Shown piece by piece: positions 8,138 to 17,849 of a stretch of DNA of 32,000 nt. Source of the stretch: Candidatus Nitrospira inopinata (lineage in GTDB: Bacteria; Nitrospirota; Nitrospiria; Nitrospirales; Nitrospiraceae); NCBI RefSeq assembly GCF_001458695.1, contig NZ_LN885086.1, positions 1,230,001 through 1,262,000 on the forward strand, given 5' to 3'. Below the pieces are notes generated by a model that ran no database searches, had not been told where the DNA came from, and saw only the letters and a program-made list of their open reading frames with translations. A program made the position numbers and the translations under genes. Every line of letters begins with the position of its first letter. Positions within the stretch are counted from its first letter, which is position 1.

Positions 8138-8217
8138 TCACCCCTTGCTTTATAAGTCAGGTCTGCAAAGGGGCCGCTCAAGACTCGTTGCAACCCAGAG
8201 TCCAAGGCTCGGTGGTC

Positions 8218-9294
8218 ATGCCCAAAGACTTGCTCGATTACCGCAATGAAATCGATCGGATCGATGACGAGATCATCCGTCTTCTCAATGAGCGATCCAA
8301 GCACGTGATCGAGATCGGGCGACTCAAGAAGGAGAAGGATGCGAACGCCAATCTCCATACACAGGGCCGGGAAACGGCCATTATCGAACGACTCACCAAA
8401 CAAAACACGGGGCCGTTCCCAACCGAGGCGATTCGGTCGGTCTATCGGGAGATCATGTCGGCGTCGTTGTCTCTGGAGGGGCCTCAAACGGTGGCCTACC
8501 TCGGCCCCAGGGCGACGTTCACCCACATGGCCTGCATGCAGAAGTTCGGTTCATCGGCCCAGTACGTTCCGGTGCACAGTATCAAGGACGTGTTCAATGA
8601 AGTCGAACGGGGACGGGCCCATTTCGGCGTCGTGCCGATCGAGAATACGACGGAAGGCGTGGTCAACCACACGCTGGACATGTTCATTGACTCGAATTTG
8701 CTGATCTACGGCGAGATCCTCCAAGAAGTCACCCATTATTTGCTGTCGAAATCCACTCTCCTTGAAGAGGTGAAGAAAATTTATTCTCATCCGCACGCCA
8801 TCGCCCAATGCCGCAATTGGCTGGAGACCCATCTGCCGCACGTTCCGGCCGTGGAGGTGGCCAGTACGGCGCGGGCGGCCGAGCTCTGCATCGATGAGCC
8901 GTCGTCCGCCGCGATCGCATCGGAATTGGCCGGACAATTGTACAGGTTGAACGTCATCCGGGCCCGTATCGAAGACAACGTCAACAATGTGACCCGCTTT
9001 CTGGTGTTGTCTCAAAAACCGTCCGAGCGGACGGGACGAGACAAGACGTCGCTGATGCTGTCGATTAAAGACAAAGTCGGGGCCCTCTACGAGCTTCTGC
9101 GCCCGTTCGCCTCTCATGGGATCAATATGACGAAAATCGAATCGCGGCCTTCACAGCGCAAAGCCTGGGAGTACATTTTCTTCGTCGACGTTGAAGGACA
9201 TATTACGGAAGATCGGGTCAGCAGGGCGGTCGAGGAAGTCAAAGGACGCTGTTTGTTCATGAAAATTCTCGGCTCCTATCCGATCTACAGTTGA
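8218..9294 (+). CDS. pheA: Bifunctional chorismate mutase / prephenate dehydratase (P-protein)
   Basis: N-terminal chorismate mutase helix LDYRNEIDRIDDEIIRLLNERSKHVIEIGRLK, a prephenate dehydratase core (VAYLGPRATFTH...VPIENTTEGVV), and a C-terminal ACT domain with ESRPS. ATG 8218 chosen because the upstream 35 codons of the track ORF overlap the putative promoter. Confidence 0.9.
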   Translation: MPKDLLDYRNEIDRIDDEIIRLLNERSKHVIEIGRLKKEKDANANLHTQGRETAIIERLTKQNTGPFPTEAIRSVYREIMSASLSLEGPQTVAYLGPRATFTHMACMQKFGSSAQYVPVHSIKDVFNEVERGRAHFGVVPIENTTEGVVNHTLDMFIDSNLLIYGEILQEVTHYLLSKSTLLEEVKKIYSHPHAIAQCRNWLETHLPHVPAVEVASTARAAELCIDEPSSAAIASELAGQLYRLNVIRARIEDNVNNVTRFLVLSQKPSERTGRDKTSLMLSIKDKVGALYELLRPFASHGINMTKIESRPSQRKAWEYIFFVDVEGHITEDRVSRAVEEVKGRCLFMKILGSYPIYS

Positions 9295-9298
9295 TCTC

Positions 9299-10384
9299 AT
9301 GGCGCTTTACATTCATCCCGACATCCGATCCCTGACCCCCTATGTCCCGGGGAAACCGATCGAGGAGCTGCAGCGTGAACTCGGGCTTGACCGAGTGATC
9401 AAGCTTGCATCCAATGAAAATCCGATCGGGCCTTCTTCCAGAGCGCTGGCGGCGCTGGCGGGAGCGACCGACAACCTGCATCGCTATCCCGACGGCGGGG
9501 GACATCGACTCAGGCAAGTCCTCGCCGAACGATGGAAGGTATCGAGCGAGCAGATTATCGTGGGCAACGGGTCAGACGAGCTTCTCGGGTTGTTGGCCCG
9601 GGCGTTTCTGGCTCCCGGCGATGACGCAGTCATGGCCGACCATACCTTCGTGATCTATAGGATGGAAGTGACGGCCGCGCACGGCAATCCCATCGTCGTG
9701 CCCTTGACGAACTGGACCCACGATCTTGACGCCATGGCTAGGGCCGTGACGCCGCGAACTAGACTGCTGTTCGTCTGCAATCCCAACAATCCCACGGGGA
9801 CCATGGTGTCGGCGGAGGAAGTCGAACGGCTGATGGCCTCGGTGCCGAACGATGTGGTCGTCGTGTTCGATGAGGCGTACTTCGAGTACGTTCGCGATCC
9901 ACGGTTTCCCGATACGATTGCCTATGTCAGGGACGGTCGAAACGCCGTGGTGCTGAGGACCTTTTCAAAGATTTACGGGCTGGCCGGGCTGAGAATCGGG
10001 TACGGGATTACGACGCCTGAAATCGCGGGCATTCTGAATCGGATACGCCCCCCGTTCAACGCGAACAGCCTCGCCCAGCGGGCGGCCGCGGCCGCGCTTG
10101 GCGACGAAGAACACGTGGCGAGAAGTCGATCCGTCAACGCCGAGGGAATGGCGCAGGTGAGCCAAGGACTTGAGGCGCTCGGATTGACGCCGATCCCCAG
10201 CCAAACCAATTTTCTGTATTTCGACGTCGGCCGGGACGGGCGGCAGGTGTTTGAGGCCCTGCTGCGTGAAGGGATCATCGTGCGACACATCGAAGGAACG
10301 ATGCTCCGCGTCACCATCGGTCTGGCCGACGAGAACGCCGCCTTCCTCCAGGCTCTGAAAAGGGTGTTGGCGTGCGAGACGTGA
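9299..10384 (+). CDS. hisC: Histidinol-phosphate / aromatic aminotransferase (class II PLP enzyme)
   Basis: 361 aa with LASNENPIGPS, NPNNPTG and the TFSKIYGLAGLRIGY PLP-lysine motif. Its position inside an aromatic amino-acid cluster suggests a prephenate/phenylpyruvate aminotransferase role (inference). Confidence 0.85.
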   Translation: MALYIHPDIRSLTPYVPGKPIEELQRELGLDRVIKLASNENPIGPSSRALAALAGATDNLHRYPDGGGHRLRQVLAERWKVSSEQIIVGNGSDELLGLLARAFLAPGDDAVMADHTFVIYRMEVTAAHGNPIVVPLTNWTHDLDAMARAVTPRTRLLFVCNPNNPTGTMVSAEEVERLMASVPNDVVVVFDEAYFEYVRDPRFPDTIAYVRDGRNAVVLRTFSKIYGLAGLRIGYGITTPEIAGILNRIRPPFNANSLAQRAAAAALGDEEHVARSRSVNAEGMAQVSQGLEALGLTPIPSQTNFLYFDVGRDGRQVFEALLREGIIVRHIEGTMLRVTIGLADENAAFLQALKRVLACET

Positions 10385-10402
10385 TGGAAGCGCGAGGGAA
10401 TC

Positions 10403-11416
10403 ATGATTATCGTCTTGAAGCCTGATGCGTCTGAAAGCCAGGTGGATCACATCATCGATCGGCTGCGGGATCTGGGATTGAAATCGCAGATCTCCACCGG
10501 CCAGGAACGTACGATCATCGGCGTCATCGGCGACGATCGCATTTTGCACAATCAACCGCTGACGGCCCTGCCCGGCGTCGAAAGCGTACTGCCTATTCTG
10601 GCCCCTTGGAAGCTCGTGAGCCGCGAGTTCAAGAAAGAATCGACGATCATCGACGTCAACGGCGTCAAGATCGGCGGCAAGAAGATCGCGATTATGGCCG
10701 GCCCTTGCGCCGTAGAGCGGCTCGAGCTGACGGTGGGCATCGCCCATGAAGTGAAGGCGGCCGGCGCCTCGATTCTGAGAGGAGGCGCCTATAAGCCAAG
10801 GACCTCTCCCTATTCGTTTCAGGGCTTGGGGCGGGAAGGACTCGATTATTTGGTGGAGGCCAGAAAACAGACCGGTCTTCCCGTCGTCAGCGAAATTCTG
10901 GATACGAGAGACATCGAGCTGTTTCTTGAGAAGGCGGACATCATTCAGATCGGGGCGCGAAACATGCAGAACTTCGAGCTGCTGAAGGAGGTCGGCGCCT
11001 ACGACAAACCGGTGCTTCTCAAGCGCGGCCTGTCGGCGACCATTAAGGAATTTCTCTTGTCCGCGGAGTACATCATGTCTCGGGGCAACCAAAACGTCAT
11101 GCTCTGCGAGCGGGGCATCCGCACGTTCGAGACGCAATATCGCAACACCCTCGATATCGCCGCGATTCCCACGCTGAAAGAATTGTCGCATCTGCCGGTG
11201 ATCGTGGACCCCAGCCACGCCACGGGCAAGTGGGATTTGGTGGCTCCCATGTCGAGGGCCGCGATCGCGGCTGGCGCCGACGGACTGCTCATCGAGGTGC
11301 ATTCCAATCCCGAGCGCGCCTTGTGCGACGGGGAAGAATCGATCAAGCCCTCGAAGTTCAAGGCGCTGATGCGCGACCTGGAGAACATCGCCAAGGTCGT
11401 GGGGAGGGAGTTGTAG
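10403..11416 (+). CDS. aroF: 3-deoxy-7-phosphoheptulonate (DAHP) synthase, type I-beta with N-terminal ferredoxin-like regulatory domain
   Basis: 337 aa. MIIVLKP...small N-terminal domain, then GPCAVE, LRGGAYKPRTSPYSFQG, KRG and DPSH motifs as in Thermotoga-type DAH7PS/KDO8PS-family enzymes. SD GAGGGAA precedes the ATG. Confidence 0.9.
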   Translation: MIIVLKPDASESQVDHIIDRLRDLGLKSQISTGQERTIIGVIGDDRILHNQPLTALPGVESVLPILAPWKLVSREFKKESTIIDVNGVKIGGKKIAIMAGPCAVERLELTVGIAHEVKAAGASILRGGAYKPRTSPYSFQGLGREGLDYLVEARKQTGLPVVSEILDTRDIELFLEKADIIQIGARNMQNFELLKEVGAYDKPVLLKRGLSATIKEFLLSAEYIMSRGNQNVMLCERGIRTFETQYRNTLDIAAIPTLKELSHLPVIVDPSHATGKWDLVAPMSRAAIAAGADGLLIEVHSNPERALCDGEESIKPSKFKALMRDLENIAKVVGREL

Positions 11417-11424
11417 AGGCCTCC

Positions 11425-12318
11425 ATGGCGGTTCATTTCAAGCAGGCGGCAATCGTCGGAGTGGGATTGATCGGCGGCTCGCTCGGAATGGTGCTGCGCG
11501 GCAAAGCCTTGGCCGATCACGTCGTGGGCATAGGCCGTCGCGAGGAAAACCTCAAAACCGCCGTTGAAATGGGAGCGATCGACCGGTACGTGTCGGATCC
11601 AAAAGACGGCGTGCGAGGATCGGATCTGGTGATTTTGGCCACGCCGGTCGATACCTACGAGCGACATCTCAAGGAATGGGCCCATTGTCTGGAGCCGGGA
11701 ACGATCGTGAGCGACGTGGGGAGCGTCAAAGGTTCGTTGGTCGAGCGGTCCGAGGCGGTCATGCCCCCGGGCGTGCATTTCGTGGGCGCCCATCCGATCG
11801 CCGGAAAGGAAAAAACGGGGGTGGCCGAGGGATCGGCCCATTTGTTTAAAGGGGCGCGGTGCATCGTGACACCCACGAAGAAGACCGATCCGCAGGCCTT
11901 GGAGCGGATCAAACGGCTGTGGGAGGAAACCGGATCGATTCTGCTGACGATGGACCCTCACCTGCACGATCAAATTCTCGGGGCGGTCAGTCACCTCCCC
12001 CATGCCGCCGCGTTCGCCCTGATGATTGCGTTGGCCGACATGCGCGATCATCGGCTCTCCTCGTTGGATTTGGCCCGTCATTCCGGGGGCGGTTTGCGGG
12101 ATACCACGAGAATTGCGGCCAGCTCTCCTGAAATGTGGCGAGACATTTTTGTATGGAATCGGGACAACGTGGTGCCGTTGATCGACATGTACCAGCGGGC
12201 ACTGGACGAGCTCAAGCGCCTGATTGCGGCGGGCGACGCCGCCGGCATCGAACGAATAATCGAGCGCGCCAAGCGCGAGCGGGAAAAACTGAACGACCCC
12301 GTTGCCGTTGCAACGTAA
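11425..12318 (+). CDS. tyrA: Prephenate (or arogenate) dehydrogenase
   Basis: Rossmann motif IVGVGLIGGSLG, SDVGSVK, GAHPIAG and the HD....SHLPH catalytic region. ATG 11425 chosen because the track ORF start at 11230 overlaps aroF. Confidence 0.85.
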   Translation: MAVHFKQAAIVGVGLIGGSLGMVLRGKALADHVVGIGRREENLKTAVEMGAIDRYVSDPKDGVRGSDLVILATPVDTYERHLKEWAHCLEPGTIVSDVGSVKGSLVERSEAVMPPGVHFVGAHPIAGKEKTGVAEGSAHLFKGARCIVTPTKKTDPQALERIKRLWEETGSILLTMDPHLHDQILGAVSHLPHAAAFALMIALADMRDHRLSSLDLARHSGGGLRDTTRIAASSPEMWRDIFVWNRDNVVPLIDMYQRALDELKRLIAAGDAAGIERIIERAKREREKLNDPVAVAT

Positions 12319-12321
12319 ACG

Positions 12322-13656
12322 ATGAAGACCGCCTTGACCGTCACGCCGGGCCCCTCCCTTAAAGGGACGATCAGCGTTCCGGGCGACAAATCCATCACCC
12401 ACCGAGCCATCATTCTTGCGTCGCTGGGAGAGGGCGTCAGCACCATCGCGGCCTATTGCCGGGGGGAGGATTGCCTCAACACCATGCGGGCGTTTCGCGA
12501 GCTGGGCATCCGGATCGACGAGACGCCGGAACGCCTGACCGTGCACGGCAAAGGGTTGAGAGGATTGAGCGAGCCCGATTTGCCGATCGATTGCGGCAAC
12601 TCGGGAACGGGGATCCGTTTGCTGGCGGGATTGTTGGCGGGACAGGACTTCTTCACCGTTCTGACGGGAGACGAATCGATCCGGCGTCGACCCATGGGGC
12701 GAGTGGTCAAACCTCTGCGCGAGATGGGTGCCGCGATCGCGGGGCGCAAGGGAGGCGAGTTGGCTCCGCTGGCGATCACCGGAAAACAATTGCGCGGGAC
12801 GACCTATGTCTCGCCGGTCCCAAGTGCCCAGGTCAAATCGGCGCTGCTGCTCGCCGGTCTCTTTGCCGAGGGAGCGACGCGCATTCAAGAACCACGGCTG
12901 TCGCGAGATCATACGGAGCGGATGTTTGAATCGTTCGGCGTTCCCCTCTTGCGTGAGGGTAATACCTTGATCCTGCAAGGGCGGCCGAGCGTGGGATGGG
13001 CGGGACGGCAGATGGTCGTTCCCGGTGATTTCTCCTCCGCCGCGTTTTTCATCGTAGGAGCGACGATCGTCCCCGATTCCGACGTCACGATCACGAACGT
13101 CGGGTTCAATCGGACCAGAACCGGTTTGCTCGAGGTGCTGAAGAGAATGGGAGCCGATATTCAGGTGCTTCGCCAATGGGAAGAGGGAGGAGAGCCGGTC
13201 GCCGATCTTCGTGTGAAGTCGGCCCCCCTCACGGGCGTGACCATCGGGGCGGATCTCATTCCGCAAACCATCGATGAATTTCCCATTCTCTGCGTGGCGG
13301 CGTCGGTCGCGGAAGGGGAAACCGTGATTTCCGGGGCGGAGGAACTCCGCGTCAAAGAAAGCGATCGGATCGCCACCATGGCCGCCGAATTACGCGCGAT
13401 GGGGGCTCGGATCATCGAAAAACCCGATGGCATGGTCGTTCAAGGGCTTGGCGCGAACGGAGAAAACGGTCGCCTCAAGGCCGTCGGCGCGGCGCAGAGT
13501 CACGGGGATCACCGGGTCGCCATGTCGCTGGCCATCGCGGGATTGACGGCCGAGTCCGACACGACCATCGCCGAGAGCGGGTGCATAGAAACCTCTTTCC
13601 CGAACTTTGAATCCCTGTTGGCTCAATTGTTGACCCGCGAGGCCGAGGCACTATAA
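12322..13656 (+). CDS. aroA: 3-phosphoshikimate 1-carboxyvinyltransferase (EPSP synthase)
   Basis: 444 aa with VPGDKSITHRA, LDCGNSGTGIRLLAG, SAQVKSALLLAG and ELRVKESDRI, which are canonical AroA motifs. Confidence 0.95.
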   Translation: MKTALTVTPGPSLKGTISVPGDKSITHRAIILASLGEGVSTIAAYCRGEDCLNTMRAFRELGIRIDETPERLTVHGKGLRGLSEPDLPIDCGNSGTGIRLLAGLLAGQDFFTVLTGDESIRRRPMGRVVKPLREMGAAIAGRKGGELAPLAITGKQLRGTTYVSPVPSAQVKSALLLAGLFAEGATRIQEPRLSRDHTERMFESFGVPLLREGNTLILQGRPSVGWAGRQMVVPGDFSSAAFFIVGATIVPDSDVTITNVGFNRTRTGLLEVLKRMGADIQVLRQWEEGGEPVADLRVKSAPLTGVTIGADLIPQTIDEFPILCVAASVAEGETVISGAEELRVKESDRIATMAAELRAMGARIIEKPDGMVVQGLGANGENGRLKAVGAAQSHGDHRVAMSLAIAGLTAESDTTIAESGCIETSFPNFESLLAQLLTREAEAL

Positions 13657-13666
13657 TGACGGCGGC

Positions 13667-14362
13667 TTGTCGGGCGGTCGCGGACGGAAGGACGAGGCGG
13701 GCGTGATCATTGCCATCGACGGGCCGGCCGGAGTCGGCAAAAGTACCGTGGCGAAGTTGTTGGCGGCCAGGTTGGGGTTTCTTTATCTCGACACGGGAGC
13801 CCTCTATCGGGCCGTCGCCTGGAAAGTACTGAAAGCGGGGATCTCGCCGATGGATCGTGAGCGGGTCGAGGAGCTTTTGCCCGTGACGTTCCTTGATATC
13901 CGATTTCACGACGGCACGATGCGGGTGTTGCTCGACGGGTGTGACGTGACCGGCGAGCTTCGCACGCCGGATGTCTCGGCCGCGGCTTCCTTGGTGTCCG
14001 CCATCCCGGCCGTCCGAGAGTGGCTGCTCCCCGTTCAACGCCGAATCGGCGAGCGTGGTTCCGTGGTCGTGGAGGGACGCGATATCGGCACGAGGATCTT
14101 CCCGTCCGCCCCGCTCAAGTTTTTTCTGGACGCGGATGCGAAGGTGCGGGCGGAGCGTCGCCACCGGGAACTGGTCGCCGCCGGTCACGCGGGAGCGATG
14201 GAAGCGACGTATCAGGATTTGTCCGGGCGAGACATGCAAGACCGCACCCGCTCGATCGCGCCGCTGGTTCCGGCCGCCGATGCCCGGTCGATCGATACCT
14301 CCAACCTCAGTGTCGAGCAAGTGGTGGAGCGGATGATGGCGGCGGTGTCGGCCGCGCTGTGA
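13667..14362 (+). CDS. cmk: Cytidylate kinase
   Basis: IIAIDGPAGVGKSTVAKLLA...LDTGALYRA...VVEGRDIGT. The likelier start may be GTG 13703 (VIIAIDGP), preceded by GGAAGGACGAGG. The aroA-cmk-rpsA-ihfB order is widely conserved. Confidence 0.9.
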   Translation: MSGGRGRKDEAGVIIAIDGPAGVGKSTVAKLLAARLGFLYLDTGALYRAVAWKVLKAGISPMDRERVEELLPVTFLDIRFHDGTMRVLLDGCDVTGELRTPDVSAAASLVSAIPAVREWLLPVQRRIGERGSVVVEGRDIGTRIFPSAPLKFFLDADAKVRAERRHRELVAAGHAGAMEATYQDLSGRDMQDRTRSIAPLVPAADARSIDTSNLSVEQVVERMMAAVSAAL

Positions 14363-15054
14363 CCGCCATTGTGTACGGCATTTTGTGGGTGCTGGTCAGG
14401 GTGATCGGCCTGGTCTGGTTCCGCTATCGGGTCGAGGGAGCGGTCCCGCCGAGCGGAGGCCTGCTGGTGGCCGCGAATCACGCCAGTTATCTCGACATTC
14501 CGCTGCTCGGATGCGGAATGACGCGCAGAGCGTGGTATCTCGGACGCAGCGACCTGTTCCCTGTTCCTGTCTTGAACGCCGTGCTCCGGTCGTTGGGCTG
14601 GATTCCCGTACGGATGGGGCGGCTTGATCGAGAGGCGTTCGGCAAGGCGATAGATTTGATTCGAGCGGGGAAGGTGGTGGTTATTTTCCCCGAGGGCGGT
14701 CGGAGCCGGGATGGTCGTCTGCGGCCTCCGAAAGCGGGGATCGGCGTCATTGTTTCGAAGACCGGATGCCCGGTCGTTCCGGCCTATCTGAAGGGAACGT
14801 TCGAAGCGTTGCCCACCGGAGCCCGGTGGCCTCGAAGACGGCCGGTGACGGTTCGATTCGGGGCGCCTCTTCGATTCGAGACGGACGGGAGGAAAGAAAA
14901 GGGAGTGGAGAGCAAACGGTTTTATGAAGAGGTCAGTCGGACCGTGATCGAGCGTATCGCCGCCTTGGGCGAGGTTCCTTCTCCTGTTGGGAAGGACGGC
15001 CTGGGAAGTGATGTCTCGGAATCGCCGATCGCCGGGGCTCGCAACGCTGAGTGA
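14359..15054 (+). CDS. plsC: 1-acyl-sn-glycerol-3-phosphate acyltransferase family protein (PlsC-like)
   Basis: N-terminal TM helix, HX4D motif (NHASYLD) and FPEGGRS motif. GTG 14359 overlaps the cmk stop (GTGA). The upstream 113 codons of the track ORF lie inside cmk in another frame. Confidence 0.8.
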   Translation: MTAIVYGILWVLVRVIGLVWFRYRVEGAVPPSGGLLVAANHASYLDIPLLGCGMTRRAWYLGRSDLFPVPVLNAVLRSLGWIPVRMGRLDREAFGKAIDLIRAGKVVVIFPEGGRSRDGRLRPPKAGIGVIVSKTGCPVVPAYLKGTFEALPTGARWPRRRPVTVRFGAPLRFETDGRKEKGVESKRFYEEVSRTVIERIAALGEVPSPVGKDGLGSDVSESPIAGARNAE

Positions 15055-15108
15055 GCCCGGCGCATTCACCATCAGCACCCGACAGAGGTCGGAAGAGTAG
15101 GACGTCAC

Positions 15109-16818
15109 ATGGGGATGGCAGCCAAAGACAGTGAGGCGCAGTTGGATCGAGACGCGTTGGCCGCGTTGTATGAAGAAACGTTCCGCAATCTGGAAGAAGG
15201 GACGATCACCGAGGGCCGCGTGGTCGCGCTCACCAAAGACAAGGTGGTCGTGGACATCGGCTACAAATCGGAAGGCATGATTCCCAGCGACCAGTTTTCG
15301 CCGGAAGAGCTCTCCGCTCTGAAGGTCGGAGACAAGTTGCAAGTGTACATCGAGGAATGTGAGGACGCGGAGGGAAATCTCGTCCTATCCAAAGAAAAAG
15401 CCGACAAGATGAAGATCTGGGAGGAACTCGAACGGCTCTACAAGGAAGAGAAGAGCATCGAGGGCAAGGTGATCTCCCGGATCAAGGGCGGTATGATGGT
15501 CGATATCGGCGTCAAAGCGTTCTTGCCGGGCTCCCAGATCGATCTCCATCCGGTTCGTGATCTGGACTCGCTGGTCGGCAAGACCTTCCCCTTAAAAATC
15601 ATCAAGATCAACCATCGGCGCGGCAACGTGGTGGTTTCCCGTCGCGTGCTGTTGGAAGAGACCAGGGATAAAAAGCGGCAGGTCACGTTGGCTAATCTCA
15701 AGGAAGGGCAGCTCATTCAAGGGACGGTCAAGAACATCACCGACTACGGGTCGTTCATCGATCTCGGCGGGATCGACGGCTTGCTCCACATCACCGACAT
15801 GTCGTGGGGGCGCATCGGACATCCGTCGGAAATGTTTACGGTGGGTGACAAGGTGGAAGTCACCGTGCTGAAGTACGATCGCGAAACCGGTCGCATTTCG
15901 TTGGGATTGAAGCAAAAAAGCGCCGATCCTTGGACCAACGTCGTCGCCAAATACCCCGTGGGCGCCAGGGTGCGAGGTCGTGTGGTGAGTCTGACCGATT
16001 ACGGCGCGTTCGTCGAGCTTGAACCAGGCGTCGAGGGCTTGGTGCACGTTTCCGAAATGTCTTGGACCCATGAAGTCAGGCATCCGTCGAAGGTGGTGGG
16101 AGTAGGGGATCAAGTGGAAGCCGCGGTGCTGAACGTCGATCCCGCGAGCAGGAAAATTTCCTTGGGCATGAAACAGACCGCCCCCAATCCATGGGACATG
16201 ATCGAGACCAAATATCCCATCGGCACCAGGATAGAGGGGAAAATCAAAAGCTTGACCGATTTCGGCGCCTTTGTCGGGCTGGATGAGGGCATTGACGGCC
16301 TGATTCACATTTCCGACATGTCCTGGACCAAACACATTAAGCACCCGTCGGAACTTTTTAAAAAAGGTCAGCGGGTGGAAGCCGTCGTGCTACGGATCGA
16401 CAAGGAAAAAGAACGGCTGTCGCTGGGATATAAACAATTGACCCGTGATCCGTGGGAAGACGCGATTCCATCGCGTTACCATGTGGGAGATTCCGTAGTC
16501 GGCAAGGTGAGCAAAATCGCCGATTTCGGGATTTTCGTCGAGTTGGACGGCGAGGTCGAAGGACTGATTCACGTCAGCGAGACGGGGATCGAGCCGCATG
16601 CCAAGCTTGAAGAAAAGTTCAAATTGCAAGACAATGTGACGGCCAAGATCATCAAGGTCGATCGGGAAGAGCGAAAAATCGCCCTGAGCCTTCGGGATCA
16701 TCAGCTCGATTCCGAGCGCAAAGAGGTCGATGAGTATCACTCGGCGCAGGGCGCGCCCGACCAAAGTCTCGGACGAGCGGCCAAGCACAACAGGAAATCG
16801 CCCCAGACCGGCGACTGA
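15109..16818 (+). CDS. rpsA: 30S ribosomal protein S1
   Basis: 569 aa with six S1 (OB-fold) repeats, each carrying the G.V......G.FV.L..GV.GL.H.SE pattern. Confidence 0.95.
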   Translation: MGMAAKDSEAQLDRDALAALYEETFRNLEEGTITEGRVVALTKDKVVVDIGYKSEGMIPSDQFSPEELSALKVGDKLQVYIEECEDAEGNLVLSKEKADKMKIWEELERLYKEEKSIEGKVISRIKGGMMVDIGVKAFLPGSQIDLHPVRDLDSLVGKTFPLKIIKINHRRGNVVVSRRVLLEETRDKKRQVTLANLKEGQLIQGTVKNITDYGSFIDLGGIDGLLHITDMSWGRIGHPSEMFTVGDKVEVTVLKYDRETGRISLGLKQKSADPWTNVVAKYPVGARVRGRVVSLTDYGAFVELEPGVEGLVHVSEMSWTHEVRHPSKVVGVGDQVEAAVLNVDPASRKISLGMKQTAPNPWDMIETKYPIGTRIEGKIKSLTDFGAFVGLDEGIDGLIHISDMSWTKHIKHPSELFKKGQRVEAVVLRIDKEKERLSLGYKQLTRDPWEDAIPSRYHVGDSVVGKVSKIADFGIFVELDGEVEGLIHVSETGIEPHAKLEEKFKLQDNVTAKIIKVDREERKIALSLRDHQLDSERKEVDEYHSAQGAPDQSLGRAAKHNRKSPQTGD

Positions 16819-16868
16819 GGCGAGGCGGTAGAGTTCATGCCGGCAGCGGATCGTTCCGTTGCTCATGG

Positions 16869-17780
16869 ATGGCGCCCATGGAAGAAGAGACCGGGCAAAT
16901 CGATCGCCCTCGAAGACGTCGGCCGCTGCGTACCCTGTTGTTGGTGCTCGCGGCCGGTTTTGGGCTAATGATCGTTGTCAACGTCTTGTTCCCCGATCTG
17001 GACCTGTCAGGCGGGGATCGGATCGCGTTGATTCGGGTCGAGGGGATTATCCTGGACTCCCAAGAGACGATCGGCGAGTTGAGACGGTTCAGCGAGAATC
17101 CGGCCGTCAAAGCCATCGTCTTGCGCATCGACAGTCCTGGGGGGGGAGTGGTTCCCTCTCAAGAAATCCACGATGAGATCAAACGCGTCCGGATGAAAAA
17201 CAACAAGGCGGTCATCGCTTCCATGGGGAGCGTGGCGGCGTCGGGAGGGTATTATATCGCCGTGGCGACCGATCGAATCGTCGCCAATCCGGGCACGTTG
17301 ACCGGCAGCATCGGCGTGATCATGGAAACGGCCAATATCGAAGGGTTATTGCAAAAAATCGGCGTCGAGGGGGTCGTCATCAAAAGCGGCAAATACAAGG
17401 ACGTCGGCTCGCCGCTTCGTAAAATGAGCGACGAAGAGCGGGGGCTGCTGCAAAGTGTGATGGACGACGTCCACAAACAGTTCATTGAAGCGGTGGCCGA
17501 GGGGCGCGCGATCGAGATGACCGACGCGCAAGCTTTGGCGGACGGAAGGATTTTTACCGGTCGCCAAGCCAAGGACGCCAAGCTTGTCGACGAATTGGGC
17601 GATCTGGAAGACGCCATTCAGTTGGCCGCGGACGTCGCCGGGATTGAGGGGCCGCCCAAAGTCGTCGAACCGCGTCGGCGATTTTCCCTTCGTCAGATGT
17701 TGGAATCGAAGATGACGGGGCTCTTCCCTCAACTTCATTTTCATCCGGGCGTCAGCTTGAAGTATTTGATGGTGTTTTGA
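16869..17780 (+). CDS. sppA: Signal peptide peptidase SppA, 36K type
   Basis: N-terminal TM segment, then AIVLRIDSPGG, ASGGYYIA and GSIGV with a downstream GKYKD (Ser/Lys dyad region), typical of S49 peptidases. Confidence 0.9.
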   Translation: MAPMEEETGQIDRPRRRRPLRTLLLVLAAGFGLMIVVNVLFPDLDLSGGDRIALIRVEGIILDSQETIGELRRFSENPAVKAIVLRIDSPGGGVVPSQEIHDEIKRVRMKNNKAVIASMGSVAASGGYYIAVATDRIVANPGTLTGSIGVIMETANIEGLLQKIGVEGVVIKSGKYKDVGSPLRKMSDEERGLLQSVMDDVHKQFIEAVAEGRAIEMTDAQALADGRIFTGRQAKDAKLVDELGDLEDAIQLAADVAGIEGPPKVVEPRRRFSLRQMLESKMTGLFPQLHFHPGVSLKYLMVF

Positions 17781-17849
17781 GGCCGAACACTCCGGCGTTT
17801 GCGCCGATGAGCGGCGTATTGAGCCGTCAATGATTCAAGAAGGAGGGAC

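Noticed and set aside
10999-13266. 755-aa ORF on the minus strand spanning the end of aroF, all of tyrA and most of aroA
   Set aside because: It is antisense to three genes with unmistakable family motifs. Its translation is Arg/Gly/Pro/His-rich and has no recognisable domain. Stop-free antisense frames are expected where the sense strand has strong G/C at third codon positions. The same explanation applies to other long shadows: 818-1945, 1949-2839, 7262-8113, 9965-11302, 14212-15342, 15592-16344, 25365-26132, 27455-28471, 29036-29659 and 30941-31687.
14020-14358. N-terminal 113 codons of the 344-aa track ORF preceding the acyltransferase domain
   Set aside because: They lie entirely within cmk in another frame and translate to Arg/Gly-rich sequence. 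The acyltransferase TM helix begins right at GTG 14359.
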